A stretch of 64,000 bases of DNA from a bacterium HR34 (GCA_002923395.1 BEIK01000003.1:2337-66336), one strand, 5' to 3'; positions 48,779 through 58,707 are shown, counted from the stretch's first letter. Numbers and translations are program-made. The notes: generated from the sequence alone by a model not told the origin.

Positions 48779-50278
48779 TTATTTATCAGAAAATTGTATA
48801 TCGTAAAATTCTTTATATATTTTTGAGTTTTTTACGAGTTGGTCGTGGGTTCCTTCTTCAACTATTTTACCATTGTGTAAAACCAAAATTTATCGCATTT
48901 TTTAATAGTTGATAGACGATGAGCGATTATTATTGCTGTGCTATTTTGCATAAGTTCATTTAAATTTTCGGTTAATACTCTTTCTGTTTTAGCATCTAAG
49001 TTTGAGGTGGGTTCGTCTAAAATTAATATTTTTGGTTTTTTAAGTATGGCCCTTGCGATAGCAATTCTTTGTTTCTGTCCTGATGATAACTTTACTCCTA
49101 ACTCACCCACTATTTGATTATGTTTTTTCGGAAGTTTATTTATAAAATCTTCCAATGCAACCTTTTTTATAATATCTTGAAATTCTTCTTCTTTTACTTT
49201 TTCTGTGCCATAGATTATATTGTTTTTTATTGTATCGTGAAATAAGATAACTTCTTGTGGTACAAAGGCTATTTGTTTTCTTAAATAATAAACATCTAAT
49301 TCCTTTGTGCTCGCGCCATCTATCTTAACATCGCCATTTTCAGGAAAATAAAATGCCGCTATTAAATCTGCTATTGTAGTTTTGCCAACGCCTGATTCTC
49401 CAACTAAAGCAACTTTTTCTTTTGGTTTAATTTTAAAACTAACGCCTTTTAGAATATAGTCATCTTTTTTATCATATTTGAACCATACATCTTTAAATTC
49501 TATTTCTCCTTTAATTTTTATTTTTTTTCCTTTTCTGTGTCCTGGTTTTCTTGGGGTAGTTTTGTTATTAAATCATCTAAATCTTTTAATCTTTTGATGT
49601 TTGTTTGCAAACTGGCGCTTTGTGACGCTAAAGAAACCAAGGGGCCCAAAATAAACATAGAATAACTATTTACAACTATAAGTTCTCCTATAGTTAATTC
49701 TTTTTGAAAAATTAAATAAACAGAGAAAGAAAATATAATAAGTTGCATTATTAAAGTAGAAATTTTTTGCAAAAAACCTATTTTCATCCATATGAATTCT
49801 TTTTTATTCCAAAAATATCCTCCTTTAATTAGATATTTTTTAAGTTGAGATACTTCTTTATCTATAAAACTTGCTAATTTAACAGATTTAATGTGTATAT
49901 ATTTTTCCCAAGTAAACCCCCATGCTCTTGCATAATATTTAAATTGGTTGTTAAGGATATTATTTATTTTTCCGATGTCTTTTAGAATTACTATTAAATA
50001 AATAAAAAATAATGCAAGAAAAAATATAAAAAATAACTTATTTATAAAAAACACTATTGCGAACCCTACTATCATAATTAAAAGTTGCGGCACAATAAAA
50101 GCATTTCTTTTACTATAATAGCCCCAGATGAAATTCCTTTATCTATTAATTCCCATAACTCTCCTGATTTTCTTTCTTTGTATTCAGACATTGGCATATT
50201 TAATATTTTTTTTAATTGTTTCTGTGAAGAATTTATATAATTTTGAACATTTAAAATTTCAGCCTTTTTTGACGCCAA
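48779..50278 (-). pseudogene. ABC exporter (fused TMD-NBD, MsbA-like) broken by at least 3 frameshifts and lacking its N-terminus
   Basis: The NBD frame is open: VGESGVGKTT (Walker A), LSSGQKQRIAIARA (signature), ILILDEPTS (Walker B). The C-terminus ILVLHNGKIVEEGTHDQLV..QFSDK* is reachable only after a 1-nt shift near 48885-48891. The TMD/NBD junction is shifted at the T8 run 49521-49528. A third shift lies near 50078-50093. Confidence 0.75.
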
Positions 50279-50451
50279 ATATTCTAATGAGAAAGATGTT
50301 ATTTGAAGGATAGAAAAATATATTATTTGTTAACATAGAACAAAATTATTTATTAATTTTACTAGAAGATTCAGAAAAATTTAAAGGGAAATTTCTATTG
50401 ACTTTTTGCGCAATTTTGAGATTATATAATATTAAAAATGAAATAAAAAAT

Positions 50452-50868
50452 ATGAGCTATAAAATCATTTCAATAATAGCCGTTGTAATTATAATAGGAG
50501 TTGTTTTAATTTATGTTTTAAGAAGTGGGAGTAATGAAACAGAGCAAGTTCAAACTCAGGAAAATCCTGTGATTTTTGAAGGTCAAGGAAATGAATTAGA
50601 TCAAAATCAAGGCGAACAAGAATTTTTAGCTGGCGAGATTTATTCCTTTGAAGAAATACAAAAACATAACACAAGAGATGATTGCTGGCTTGTGATAAAC
50701 GGTAAAGTTTATGATGTTACGGATTTTCTTAACAAATACCCTGAAGGTGATGCTATATTACAAAATTGCGGTAAAGATGCTACAGAAATTTTTGATAAAG
50801 AAAACACAGAAGTTAAGACATTAAAAGAAAACCTTGAAAACTATTATATAGGCGACGTAGGAAAGTAG
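50452..50868 (+). CDS. membrane-anchored cytochrome b5-like domain protein lacking the canonical His ligands
   Basis: N-terminal TM IISIIAVVIIIGVVLIYVL. The b5 fold signature is HNTRDDCWLVINGKVYDVTDFLNKYPEGD, where YPEG replaces HPGG. I placed the start at the internal ATG 50452. Confidence 0.6.
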   Translation: MSYKIISIIAVVIIIGVVLIYVLRSGSNETEQVQTQENPVIFEGQGNELDQNQGEQEFLAGEIYSFEEIQKHNTRDDCWLVINGKVYDVTDFLNKYPEGDAILQNCGKDATEIFDKENTEVKTLKENLENYYIGDVGK

Positions 50869-50891
50869 TATTTAATTAAAAAAAATAATTT

Positions 50892-50919
50892 AAAACCCCG
50901 ACATTATGTCGGGGTTTTT
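50892..50919. terminator. bidirectional intrinsic terminator
   Basis: AAAA-CCCCGACA-TTA-TGTCGGGG-TTTTT. It serves the plus-strand b5-like gene and the minus-strand tRNA/ncRNA unit. Confidence 0.75.
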
Positions 50920-50970
50920 AAATACATACTTTGTGTTTGCCTTATTGGGGCCTGGCCTGTTGCATAAAAG

Positions 50971-51297
50971 TGGTGTCCGGCAGGACTCGACCTGTCATCC
51001 GACAGAGCGCCATATCGAATTATATGGCTAACCTTCTTAGCTTCGTTCGGCTTGCTCTGTATCGTATGATGAGACAGCAGGGTGCAATTATACCGTTCCG
51101 CTCGAACTTATTTTATCAAAAATTCCTGAACAAAGGAAGGTTGCCACTCGCGGAGTTTATCCCGCACCGAGTTTTGCTCTGGTGCGGGGTTCGCGGCATA
51201 TTCCATCCCGCGACTCCAGCGGCTCGGCTCTCGCCTCGCCCTAAAATCCGCAAAAATTTTCTACCTTAATTGAAAAAATTTTTTGTGCGCCCCCCAC
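50971..51297 (-). ncRNA. unassigned GC-rich structured RNA with a tRNA-like 3' end (family and strand not proven)
   Basis: A conspicuous GC-rich block with many perfect local helices. The 3' end is CAGG-UCGAGU-CCUG-CCGGACACCA, followed by the terminator. It lies 34 nt downstream of tRNA-Lys. See the findings for the helix list. Confidence 0.55.
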
Positions 51298-51331
51298 GAA
51301 AAAGTTGGTGTTTTACCAAAAAGTCAGATTC

Positions 51332-51407
51332 TGGTGCCCCCGGCAGGACTCGAACCTGCAACTTCCTGCTTAAAAGGCAGTTACTCTACCAATTGAGTTA
51401 CGGGGGC
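51332..51407 (-). tRNA. tRNA-Lys (anticodon UUU), CCA encoded
   Basis: 76-nt cloverleaf written out by hand: GCCCCCG-TA-ACTC-AATTGGTA-GAGT-A-ACTGC-CTTTTAA-GCAGG-AAGTT-GCAGG-TTCGAGT-CCTGC-CGGGGGC-A-CCA. Confidence 0.95.
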
Positions 51408-51489
51408 ATATAATAGAATACTATATCAAAACAAAAATAAAAAATCAAAACATTAGTTTCATTCTTTTTATATAAAAACAAAATTTTTA

Positions 51490-52626
51490 CTATAACCCAA
51501 GATCTTTCAACTTCTTAAGAAGTTCTTTCTGTTCTTTTGTTAATTTATTTGGCATATTTATCTTAATCCTTACATACAAATTCCCTCTTCCAAAACCATT
51601 AAAATGGGGTATTCCCTCTCCTTTTATTTTTAGAACAGTTCCATCTTGGGTTCTTTCTGGAATCTCTACTTTTATTTTTTTGTTATCTATTCCTAATACC
51701 TCAATTTCACCTCCCAAAATTGCTGTGGTTAGTGGGATGTATTTTGTTGTGTATAAATCATCTCCTTTTCTTGTAAATTCTTTGTGAGGTTTTACAATAA
51801 CTCTTACATACAAATCCCCCGCAGGTCCTCCTTTTTTTCCTGCGTCTCCCTGCCCTTTTATTTTTAACACTTGGTTATTGTCAACACCTGCTGGGATTTT
51901 AATTTCCAAATTTTGCGTTGATCTTATTCTACCATTCCCTTTGCACACATTACATGGTTTTTCAGGAATATAACCTTCACCTTTACATTGGGGGCACGGA
52001 ACATATCTTGTTATTACGCCAAAAAATGTTCTATTTACTTGTTGGACCTCTCCAACTCCCCTGCAAGTTTGGCATTCAACAACCTTTGTATTAGGTTCTG
52101 CTCCTATGCCAGCACATCTTTCGCACTTTATATATTTTTGAATAGTAATTTTTTTAATATTGTCTTTTAACGTATCTTCAAGTGTTAACTCTACTGCAAT
52201 TTCTATATCTGCCCCCTTTTTTATATTCTTCTTTTTCGTAGTTACTCCAAAATCTCCAAAACTAAAACCTTTACCTCCGAATATCTCTGACACTACCTCC
52301 TCTAAATCTTCTATATCAAAATCAAAGCCTACCCTACCAAATCCACCATTAAAGTTTTCAAAATCAAAACCACCAAAACCTGAAAATCCTTCTTGTCCCC
52401 TTCCAGCATTTCCTGCATATTCAAAAGTTGTTCCAAATTTGTCATACTGCGCTCTTTTTTCAGGATCTGACAAAACTTGATAAGCCTCGTTTATTTCTTT
52501 AAATTTTTCCTCATCGCCTCCCTTATCAGGATGATATTTATGAGCAAGTCTTCTGTAGGCTCTTTTTATTTCTTCTTGAGAAGCATCTCTACTCACTCCT
52601 AATATTGAATAGTAATCTTTTTTCAT
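51490..52626 (-). CDS. dnaJ: chaperone DnaJ
   Basis: J domain (KDYYSILGV...HPDK), a G/F-rich linker, and four CxxCxGxG zinc motifs. I placed the start at the internal ATG 52626. Confidence 0.95.
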   Translation of the reverse strand: MKKDYYSILGVSRDASQEEIKRAYRRLAHKYHPDKGGDEEKFKEINEAYQVLSDPEKRAQYDKFGTTFEYAGNAGRGQEGFSGFGGFDFENFNGGFGRVGFDFDIEDLEEVVSEIFGGKGFSFGDFGVTTKKKNIKKGADIEIAVELTLEDTLKDNIKKITIQKYIKCERCAGIGAEPNTKVVECQTCRGVGEVQQVNRTFFGVITRYVPCPQCKGEGYIPEKPCNVCKGNGRIRSTQNLEIKIPAGVDNNQVLKIKGQGDAGKKGGPAGDLYVRVIVKPHKEFTRKGDDLYTTKYIPLTTAILGGEIEVLGIDNKKIKVEIPERTQDGTVLKIKGEGIPHFNGFGRGNLYVRIKINMPNKLTKEQKELLKKLKDLGL

Positions 52627-52731
52627 ATTTTTCTCTTTATACTTTATGATAATATAAAAAAGCAAAAGATGTAAGGTTTACTGTTTGATTTCATTGTTGT
52701 CGTGTTCATGTAATTCGTTATTAGAATTCCG

Positions 52732-54555
52732 TTAAGATTGATTTTGCGTTCCACCTTGCCTGTATAGTTTTTCTCCTATAGATGACAATAACTTTGATAA
52801 TTCATCTGTTTTTTGTTTTATTGTTTGTATATCCTCTGTATTTTCTGCGTTTTTTAATTCGTTTATTTTGTTTTCTAATTCTTGTTTGTCTTCCGGAGAT
52901 ATTTTATTAGCATTTTCCTTTAAGGTTTTTTCTGCTGTATAAATCAAGTTTTCAGCAATGTTTCTTGCTTCTGTTAATTCTTTCTTTCTTTTATCTTCCT
53001 CTAAGTGCTCTTCTGCTTCTTTTTTCATTCTTTCTATTTCTTCTTTTGATAAACCAGTTGCTCCTTCTATTCTAATAGATTGACTTCTCCCCGTTGCTTT
53101 ATCTTTTGCGGTAACACTTAAAATTCCGTTTGAATCGATATCAAAAGTAACTTCTATTTGAGGTACCCCTCTTGGTGCTGGTGGTATTCCATCTAGGATA
53201 AATCTCCCCAAACTTTTATTATCCTTTGCCATTGGCCTTTCACCTTGTACTACATGAACTTCTACTGATGTTTGATTGTCAGCAGCAGTTGTAAATATTT
53301 GACTTTTCCTTGTTGGTATTGTAGTATTTTTTGGAATAATTATTGTATTTATTCCACCATAGGTTTCAACACCTAGAGATAAAGGAGTAACATCAAGCAA
53401 TAAAATGCTTTTTACATCACCCTTTATTATTGCTGCCTGTATTGCAGCGCCTACTGCGACAACTTCATCTGGATTTATGGACCTATTAGGTTCTTTATTG
53501 AACATTTCTCTAAGCGCTTGCTGAATAGCCGGCATTCGTGTCTGCCCACCAACTAGAATAATCTCGTTTATATCTTCTTTTTTTAATTTAGCTTCTTTTA
53601 ACGTTTGTTCAACAAGTTCTATTGATCTACTAATATAAGGTCTTACCATCTGCTCTAATTGAGCTCTTAAAAGTTTATAGTTCAAATGTTTTGGACCAGA
53701 AGCGTCTGAACTTATAAAGGGAAGGTTTATTTCTGTTTCCATTGCAGATGATAATTCCATTTTTGCTTTTTCAGCAGCTTCTTTTAATCTTTGCAAAGCA
53801 AGAGGGTCCTTTGAAAGGTCTATTCCTTCATCTTTCTTGAATTGCTCTATTAACCACTCCATTATTTTTTTATCAAAATCGTCTCCCCCCAGATGGTTAT
53901 CTCCACCTGTTGCGATTACTTGTATTGTATCTTCTGATACTTCAAGAATTGAAATATCTAATGTTCCTCCTCCAAAGTCATATACTAATATTCTTTCATC
54001 TTTTTTCTTATCAAAACCATAAGCTAGGGCAGCTGCTGTAGGTTCATTTATAACTCTTAAAACATTAAATCCTGCTATTTCACCTGCAATCTTAGTTGCC
54101 TTTCTTTGGCTATCATCAAAATAAGCAGGACAGGTAATAACAACATCAGTAATTTTTTCTCCTAACCTTTCTTCGGCATCTATTCTTAATTTTTGCAATA
54201 TTTTTGCTGATATTTCTTCTGGAGTATACCATTTATCCCCCATCTTAACTTCGCATCCGCCAGTTTTCGACTCCCTCACTTCATATGGTAACATCTTAAT
54301 ATCTCTTTGCACTTCTGGATCAGAAAATCTTCTTCCTATTAACCTTTTTATTGAAAATATTGTGTTTTTAGGGTTTACTATTTGCTGTCTTTTAGCCAAT
54401 ACTCCAACTAAGAGTTCTCCATTTTTTGACATAGCAACAACCGAAGGAGTTGTTCTTCCACCTTCTTTATTTTCTATTATTTTTGGTTGGCCACCTTCTA
54501 CAGTAGCCATTGCAGAATTAGTTGTTCCTAAATCTATTCCTAATATTTTTTCCAT
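52732..54555 (-). CDS. dnaK: chaperone DnaK (Hsp70)
   Basis: [17 protein letters not shown]-like [18 protein letters not shown]. Confidence 0.98.
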   Translation of the reverse strand: MEKILGIDLGTTNSAMATVEGGQPKIIENKEGGRTTPSVVAMSKNGELLVGVLAKRQQIVNPKNTIFSIKRLIGRRFSDPEVQRDIKMLPYEVRESKTGGCEVKMGDKWYTPEEISAKILQKLRIDAEERLGEKITDVVITCPAYFDDSQRKATKIAGEIAGFNVLRVINEPTAAALAYGFDKKKDERILVYDFGGGTLDISILEVSEDTIQVIATGGDNHLGGDDFDKKIMEWLIEQFKKDEGIDLSKDPLALQRLKEAAEKAKMELSSAMETEINLPFISSDASGPKHLNYKLLRAQLEQMVRPYISRSIELVEQTLKEAKLKKEDINEIILVGGQTRMPAIQQALREMFNKEPNRSINPDEVVAVGAAIQAAIIKGDVKSILLLDVTPLSLGVETYGGINTIIIPKNTTIPTRKSQIFTTAADNQTSVEVHVVQGERPMAKDNKSLGRFILDGIPPAPRGVPQIEVTFDIDSNGILSVTAKDKATGRSQSIRIEGATGLSKEEIERMKKEAEEHLEEDKRKKELTEARNIAENLIYTAEKTLKENANKISPEDKQELENKINELKNAENTEDIQTIKQKTDELSKLLSSIGEKLYRQGGTQNQS

Positions 54556-54585
54556 ATCTTTAAAGTTAATTATTAATCTTTAAGG

Positions 54586-54611
54586 TTGCTCCCAAGTTTT
54601 CTTGGGAGCAA
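54586..54611 (-). other. intercistronic stem-loop between hsp20 and dnaK
   Basis: The 11-bp perfect stem TTGCTCCCAAG/CTTGGGAGCAA has a 4-nt loop. Flanking CTTTAAG/CTTAAAG can extend it. No U-run follows on the coding (minus) strand. Confidence 0.5.
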
Positions 54612-54621
54612 GACTTAAAGA

Positions 54622-55065
54622 TTAACCTTTAACTTTTATTTTTCTTCCTCCTTCTACTTTCTTCTCTTCTTTTTTTGGCATTACAACCTTGAGGATTCCG
54701 TTTTTATATTCTGCTTCAATTTCATCTTCTTTTACCTCAGCTGGCAACATAACAGTTCTTGCTTGATATGTGCTTGATATTTCTTTTCTATAAAAGTCTT
54801 TCCCCCTTTCTTCTTTTTCTTCCTCTACTTTCCCCTCTATTCTTAAAACACCATCTTTTATTTCAACGTTTATGTCTTCTGGTTTTAGGCCTGGCATTTC
54901 AGCTTCAACTACTAAATTTTCATCTTTTTCATACATATTTATTCTTGGAACTTTTTTTAATCCAATGGTTCTCGGCAATATATTTCCTAAAGGAGACACC
55001 AACTCTGGAAATTCTTCATCAAACCATCTTTCTAATTCATAAAATGATCTTGGTACTAAAGTCAT
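54622..55065 (-). CDS. small heat-shock protein (Hsp20/alpha-crystallin)
   Basis: An alpha-crystallin domain (MPGLKPEDINVEIKDGVLRIEG...F.R...LP..V....I.A.Y.NGIL.V..PK). Confidence 0.9.
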   Translation of the reverse strand: MTLVPRSFYELERWFDEEFPELVSPLGNILPRTIGLKKVPRINMYEKDENLVVEAEMPGLKPEDINVEIKDGVLRIEGKVEEEKEERGKDFYRKEISSTYQARTVMLPAEVKEDEIEAEYKNGILKVVMPKKEEKKVEGGRKIKVKG

Positions 55066-55106
55066 ATTTTTTATTTTATTGGTTTATAATGCGACCTTCT
55101 TTATTT

Positions 55107-55628
55107 TTATTGTTTTGGTATGCCAACTTTAACTTTTGCAGGTCTTAAAACTTCTTTGTTTATGTAATAACCTTTTTGTAAAACTTCAATTACTACGATT
55201 TCTTTGTAATCTTCTGACTGCTTTTTTTCAATTGCCTCGTGCAAATATTCTGAAAATTTATCACCTTCTTTCACGTTAATTTCCTCAACTCCCAACTCTT
55301 TCATTAACTGCTCTATCTGTTTTTTTACTTCCATAAAGCCTTTGATTGTGTTATTTTTTTTATCATCCTCTGTAAGATATTTTTCTGAAAATTCTAAATT
55401 ATCAAGTATGGGAAGTAGTTTTAAAGCAAATTTTTTTCTTGCGTTATTGACAAATTCCAGGAATCTTTTTTCCTCATCTTTTCTAAAGTTTTCAAAATTC
55501 GCTCTTTCTCTTTTCCATCCTTCTAAATACTCTTCCTTTTCTTTTTTGCACAAATCAAGTTCCCTTTTAATTTTTTCTAATTCTTTTATTTCGTCCTCAT
55601 CTATTTTGTTGTTTTTCTCATCTGCCAT
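55107..55628 (-). CDS. grpE: nucleotide exchange factor GrpE
   Basis: A coiled-coil N-terminus, R..A.FENFRK. and a C-terminal beta domain (G.Y.IN..VLRPA.V.V). Confidence 0.9.
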   Translation of the reverse strand: MADEKNNKIDEDEIKELEKIKRELDLCKKEKEEYLEGWKRERANFENFRKDEEKRFLEFVNNARKKFALKLLPILDNLEFSEKYLTEDDKKNNTIKGFMEVKKQIEQLMKELGVEEINVKEGDKFSEYLHEAIEKKQSEDYKEIVVIEVLQKGYYINKEVLRPAKVKVGIPKQ

Positions 55629-55632
55629 AATT

Positions 55633-56340
55633 TTATATATTTTCTAAAGCTTTTAATATTTTTAATAATCTTTCATAATCAGTTCTTAAAAATCCTGAAA
55701 ATACTATTATTTTGCTTTCTCTTTTGTTTTCTATTTTTGATATTGCCAATGTTATATTATTTGTTTTAAGTTCTTTTTTTATGATATCACCTATAAATAT
55801 CGCGGGAATCTCTTTTAAGTCGTCTAATAAACAATCTATTTCCTCTTCTATCTTTTTTACTGTTGAAATGAAGTTTTTAATGTATTCTGGATTTTCTGTT
55901 TCTGGCTCATCTAAAATAGTATCCCATAAGCCTTCGTAAACATACCTTTCCTTTACATCGTATACTATCGTGAGTAAGTTAGCTATCGAAGACATTTTTT
56001 TTGCCAAAGATTGGGGGTTTTCTCCAAATTTTTCTATTAAACTTTTTATTTCTTGTACATATTTATTTTCTTGAACATCATTTATTTCCTGCAACTTTTT
56101 TTCTACAAATAATTTATAACCTTTTTTAGTTGGTACTCTTCCACCAGATGTGTGAGGTTGCGAAATAAATCCTTTTTCTCCTAAAGTTTGCATTTCTTTT
56201 CTTATTAAAGGAGCTGAGATTTCCAATCCAAAATTTCTCTTAAACACCTTTTCTAAGTGCTTTGAAGCAACTGGTTTGCAGTTTTTAACATAGTTCTCTA
56301 TTATATTTTCCAATATAAACATTTGCCTTTCTGTTATCAT
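55633..56340 (-). CDS. hrcA: heat-inducible transcription repressor HrcA (short form, 235 aa)
   Basis: The N-terminal wHTH is ITERQMFILENIIENYVKNCKPVASKHL.....ISAPLIRKEMQTLGEKGFISQPHTSGGRVPTKKGYKLFV. A CIRCE-like operator lies upstream. Confidence 0.75.
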   Translation of the reverse strand: MITERQMFILENIIENYVKNCKPVASKHLEKVFKRNFGLEISAPLIRKEMQTLGEKGFISQPHTSGGRVPTKKGYKLFVEKKLQEINDVQENKYVQEIKSLIEKFGENPQSLAKKMSSIANLLTIVYDVKERYVYEGLWDTILDEPETENPEYIKNFISTVKKIEEEIDCLLDDLKEIPAIFIGDIIKKELKTNNITLAISKIENKRESKIIVFSGFLRTDYERLLKILKALENI

Positions 56341-56370
56341 AGTTTTACCTTATACTTAAATTTTAAGGCT

Positions 56371-56397
56371 TTATCACTCTAATGTCAAGAGTGATAC
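56371..56397 (-). promoter_or_regulatory. CIRCE-like HrcA operator
   Basis: TTATCACTC-N9-GAGTGATAC (compare consensus TTAGCACTC-N9-GAGTGCTAA) lies 31 nt upstream of the hrcA start. Confidence 0.7.
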
Positions 56398-56408
56398 TAT
56401 AAAAGATT

Positions 56409-57302
56409 TTATTTGTTTTTTCCTAAAAGGTTTACAAGAGAGGCTGCAAAAAATATAGACGAGTATGTTCCCACTGATATTCCGACAATCAATACCAAAG
56501 AGAATAACTTAAGGCTTTCAGGACCAAAAACATACAAACTTGCCACTGCTGCTATAGTAGTTAAAGAAGTTGTTAATGATCTCAAGAGAACTTGATTTAA
56601 AGCCTTGTCTAAAGTGTTGGAGAAAGATAAATTACCTTCTTTTAGTAAATTTTCTCTTACCCTATCAAATATTATAATAGTGTCATTAATACAATAACCA
56701 AGAATTATTAAAAACGCTGTTATAATAGGTATTGTTATTTGAACATCTTGATGTTGAGAAATAAAAGCAAGAAAGCCCAAAGGAATGATAATATCGTGAA
56801 TTAAAGTTAATATGGTTATTAAAGAGTATTTAAAGGATGGGACGGGATATTTTAACTGCCTAAAAGCCATTGCTATATAAATAAACATGGCAACTAAAGA
56901 GACCACTATTGCTATTACTGACTTTTGTTTTAACTCTTCGCTTATCACCGGGCCTATATTATCTAAACTAACTTCTTGCACCTGCCATTTTTTATTAATA
57001 TAGTTTAATATATCTTGATATTCCTGTTGATCTAAAAACTTCGTCTTAATAATAAAAGTGCCATTATTCGTTTCGTTTATATAAAATTCTTTTAGACCTA
57101 ATTCTTCTAATGTTTTTTGTAAATTATCTTTCGATATCTGATTTTCTTGAAGTTTTATTGGTTTGATTTCCAAAGAACTTCCTCCCGTGAATTCTATTCC
57201 AAAATTCAAACCAAAAAATAATATAGAGAAAATACTCAACGCCATTAAAACAAAACTGATGTTTACAAAAATTTTACTATATCTTGAAAAATTTATGAAC
57301 AT
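56409..57302 (-). CDS. secF: protein translocase subunit SecF
   Basis: G..FG.EF.GG, six TM segments, and it follows secD. Confidence 0.9.
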   Translation of the reverse strand: MFINFSRYSKIFVNISFVLMALSIFSILFFGLNFGIEFTGGSSLEIKPIKLQENQISKDNLQKTLEELGLKEFYINETNNGTFIIKTKFLDQQEYQDILNYINKKWQVQEVSLDNIGPVISEELKQKSVIAIVVSLVAMFIYIAMAFRQLKYPVPSFKYSLITILTLIHDIIIPLGFLAFISQHQDVQITIPIITAFLIILGYCINDTIIIFDRVRENLLKEGNLSFSNTLDKALNQVLLRSLTTSLTTIAAVASLYVFGPESLKLFSLVLIVGISVGTYSSIFFAASLVNLLGKNK

Positions 57303-57306
57303 AATT

Positions 57307-58707
57307 TTATACTATTATTCTCTTATGTTTTTCTAAAAAGCTGCATATAAATGTTTTTAAAAAAACTTTCTGTACAATTAAAGCGTTTATTAAACTTAAT
57401 ATAATTCCCAAAGATAATGTTATCGCAAAACCTCTTAAAAAAGATGTTCCAATAAAGAACATAATACCTGCTGTTAAAAGTGTTGTTATGTTAGCGTCTC
57501 TTATAGCTGGCATTGCCCTTCTAAATCCCTCTATTATAGCAACATTTATGCTTTTACCCTCCATTAACTCCTCTTTAATTCTAGAAACTATCAAAATGTT
57601 AGCGTCAACAGCCATACCAATTGATAAAATAATTCCTCCTATTGAAGCTAAAGTTAAGGTTATTCCAGATAGTTTTATAATCGCAAGCAATGAAATTATG
57701 AAAAATACCAATGTTAAAATGATTGTGAAACCTGAAAATCTATAAACTACCAGCAATATTATTGAAATAATTAAAAACGTCCACAAACCTGCTTCTACTG
57801 ATTTTTGTAGCGACTCCTGTCCCAAACCAGCTTCGACTTTTCCTTGAGATACTAATTTTATAGGAACAGGAAGGGCACCAGCATTTAAATTCCTTACAAG
57901 CTCTTTTGCTTCTTCTATTGTAAAATTTCCTGTTATTTGAGCTGATCCTCCTGTTATCTTTTGTTGTACAATAGGCGCTGATAATAATTGGTTATCTATA
58001 TATATTGCCAAAGGTTTTCCTACGTTTTTTTCTGTAATTCCTTCAAAAATTTTAGCACCCTCGTCGTTGAACTGAATTAAAATTATTGGTTTTCCTACTG
58101 TATTATCAAAGGCAAGAGTTGCTTTTTTGAAATATTTTCCTGTGAGTTCAGTTGGTTTAAAATAAGGGTCTTCAAAAGCAAGCGAAAAGTTTTCTATTTT
58201 TGTTATGTCTTCGTTATTTTGCAAAGCTTCCCTTACCTTTTCCTTAATTTCTATAATTTTTTGGATTTCTTGTTCATCTCTTGGTTCTCTGAATTCCAAG
58301 AAAGGAGTTTTGCCTATAATGTTTTGAGCCTGTGTTACGTCCAAAACGCCTGGTAACTCTATTATTAATCTATATTTATCCCTTCCTGTTTGAGTTTGTA
58401 TGGATGGTTCTGTAACACCAAAGAAATTCACTCTTTTTTCAATGACATCTTTTAACCCTTCTAAGATATCTTTCCTTTCTTTTTCTGGTATTTGAGACAT
58501 ATCAGCTTCATAAACAAAGTGAATACCTCCTTGCAAATCAAGGCCTAATTTATAATCTTTTTCAACTGCTTTTGGTAATTGAAAACCTATTTTAGAAGCC
58601 AGTTGATCTGCTAATTGGTTATACTTTTGAGGATAAACAAAAATTCCTCCTAATATAATTAATCCAAAAATAAAAAAAGTAATTAGTGCGTAAAAAACTC
58701 TTTTCAT
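57307..58707 (-). CDS. secD: protein translocase subunit SecD
   Basis: LGLDL.GG periplasmic domain start, a C-terminal six-TM RND-like region (DANILI..RIKEE), and an AGGAGG RBS at 58722-58727. Confidence 0.9.
   Translation of the reverse strand: MKRVFYALITFFIFGLIILGGIFVYPQKYNQLADQLASKIGFQLPKAVEKDYKLGLDLQGGIHFVYEADMSQIPEKERKDILEGLKDVIEKRVNFFGVTEPSIQTQTGRDKYRLIIELPGVLDVTQAQNIIGKTPFLEFREPRDEQEIQKIIEIKEKVREALQNNEDITKIENFSLAFEDPYFKPTELTGKYFKKATLAFDNTVGKPIILIQFNDEGAKIFEGITEKNVGKPLAIYIDNQLLSAPIVQQKITGGSAQITGNFTIEEAKELVRNLNAGALPVPIKLVSQGKVEAGLGQESLQKSVEAGLWTFLIISIILLVVYRFSGFTIILTLVFFIISLLAIIKLSGITLTLASIGGIILSIGMAVDANILIVSRIKEELMEGKSINVAIIEGFRRAMPAIRDANITTLLTAGIMFFIGTSFLRGFAITLSLGIILSLINALIVQKVFLKTFICSFLEKHKRIIV

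Noticed and set aside
50931-51269. A 112-aa plus-strand ORF.
   Set aside because: It coincides with the GC-rich structured-RNA block. It has an atypical composition (Arg/Cys/Pro-rich), no RBS, and its start sits immediately after a terminator. I treated it as an artefact of the RNA gene.
50971-51297. Calling the structured RNA tmRNA (ssrA) or RNase P RNA (rnpB).
   Set aside because: It shows partial resemblances only: a T-arm plus ACCA, and CR-II/CR-III-like strings. The ends do not form an acceptor stem, there is no G3:U70 and no convincing tag frame, and the universally conserved GAGGAAAGUCC and CR-V are absent on either strand. I left it unassigned rather than force a name.
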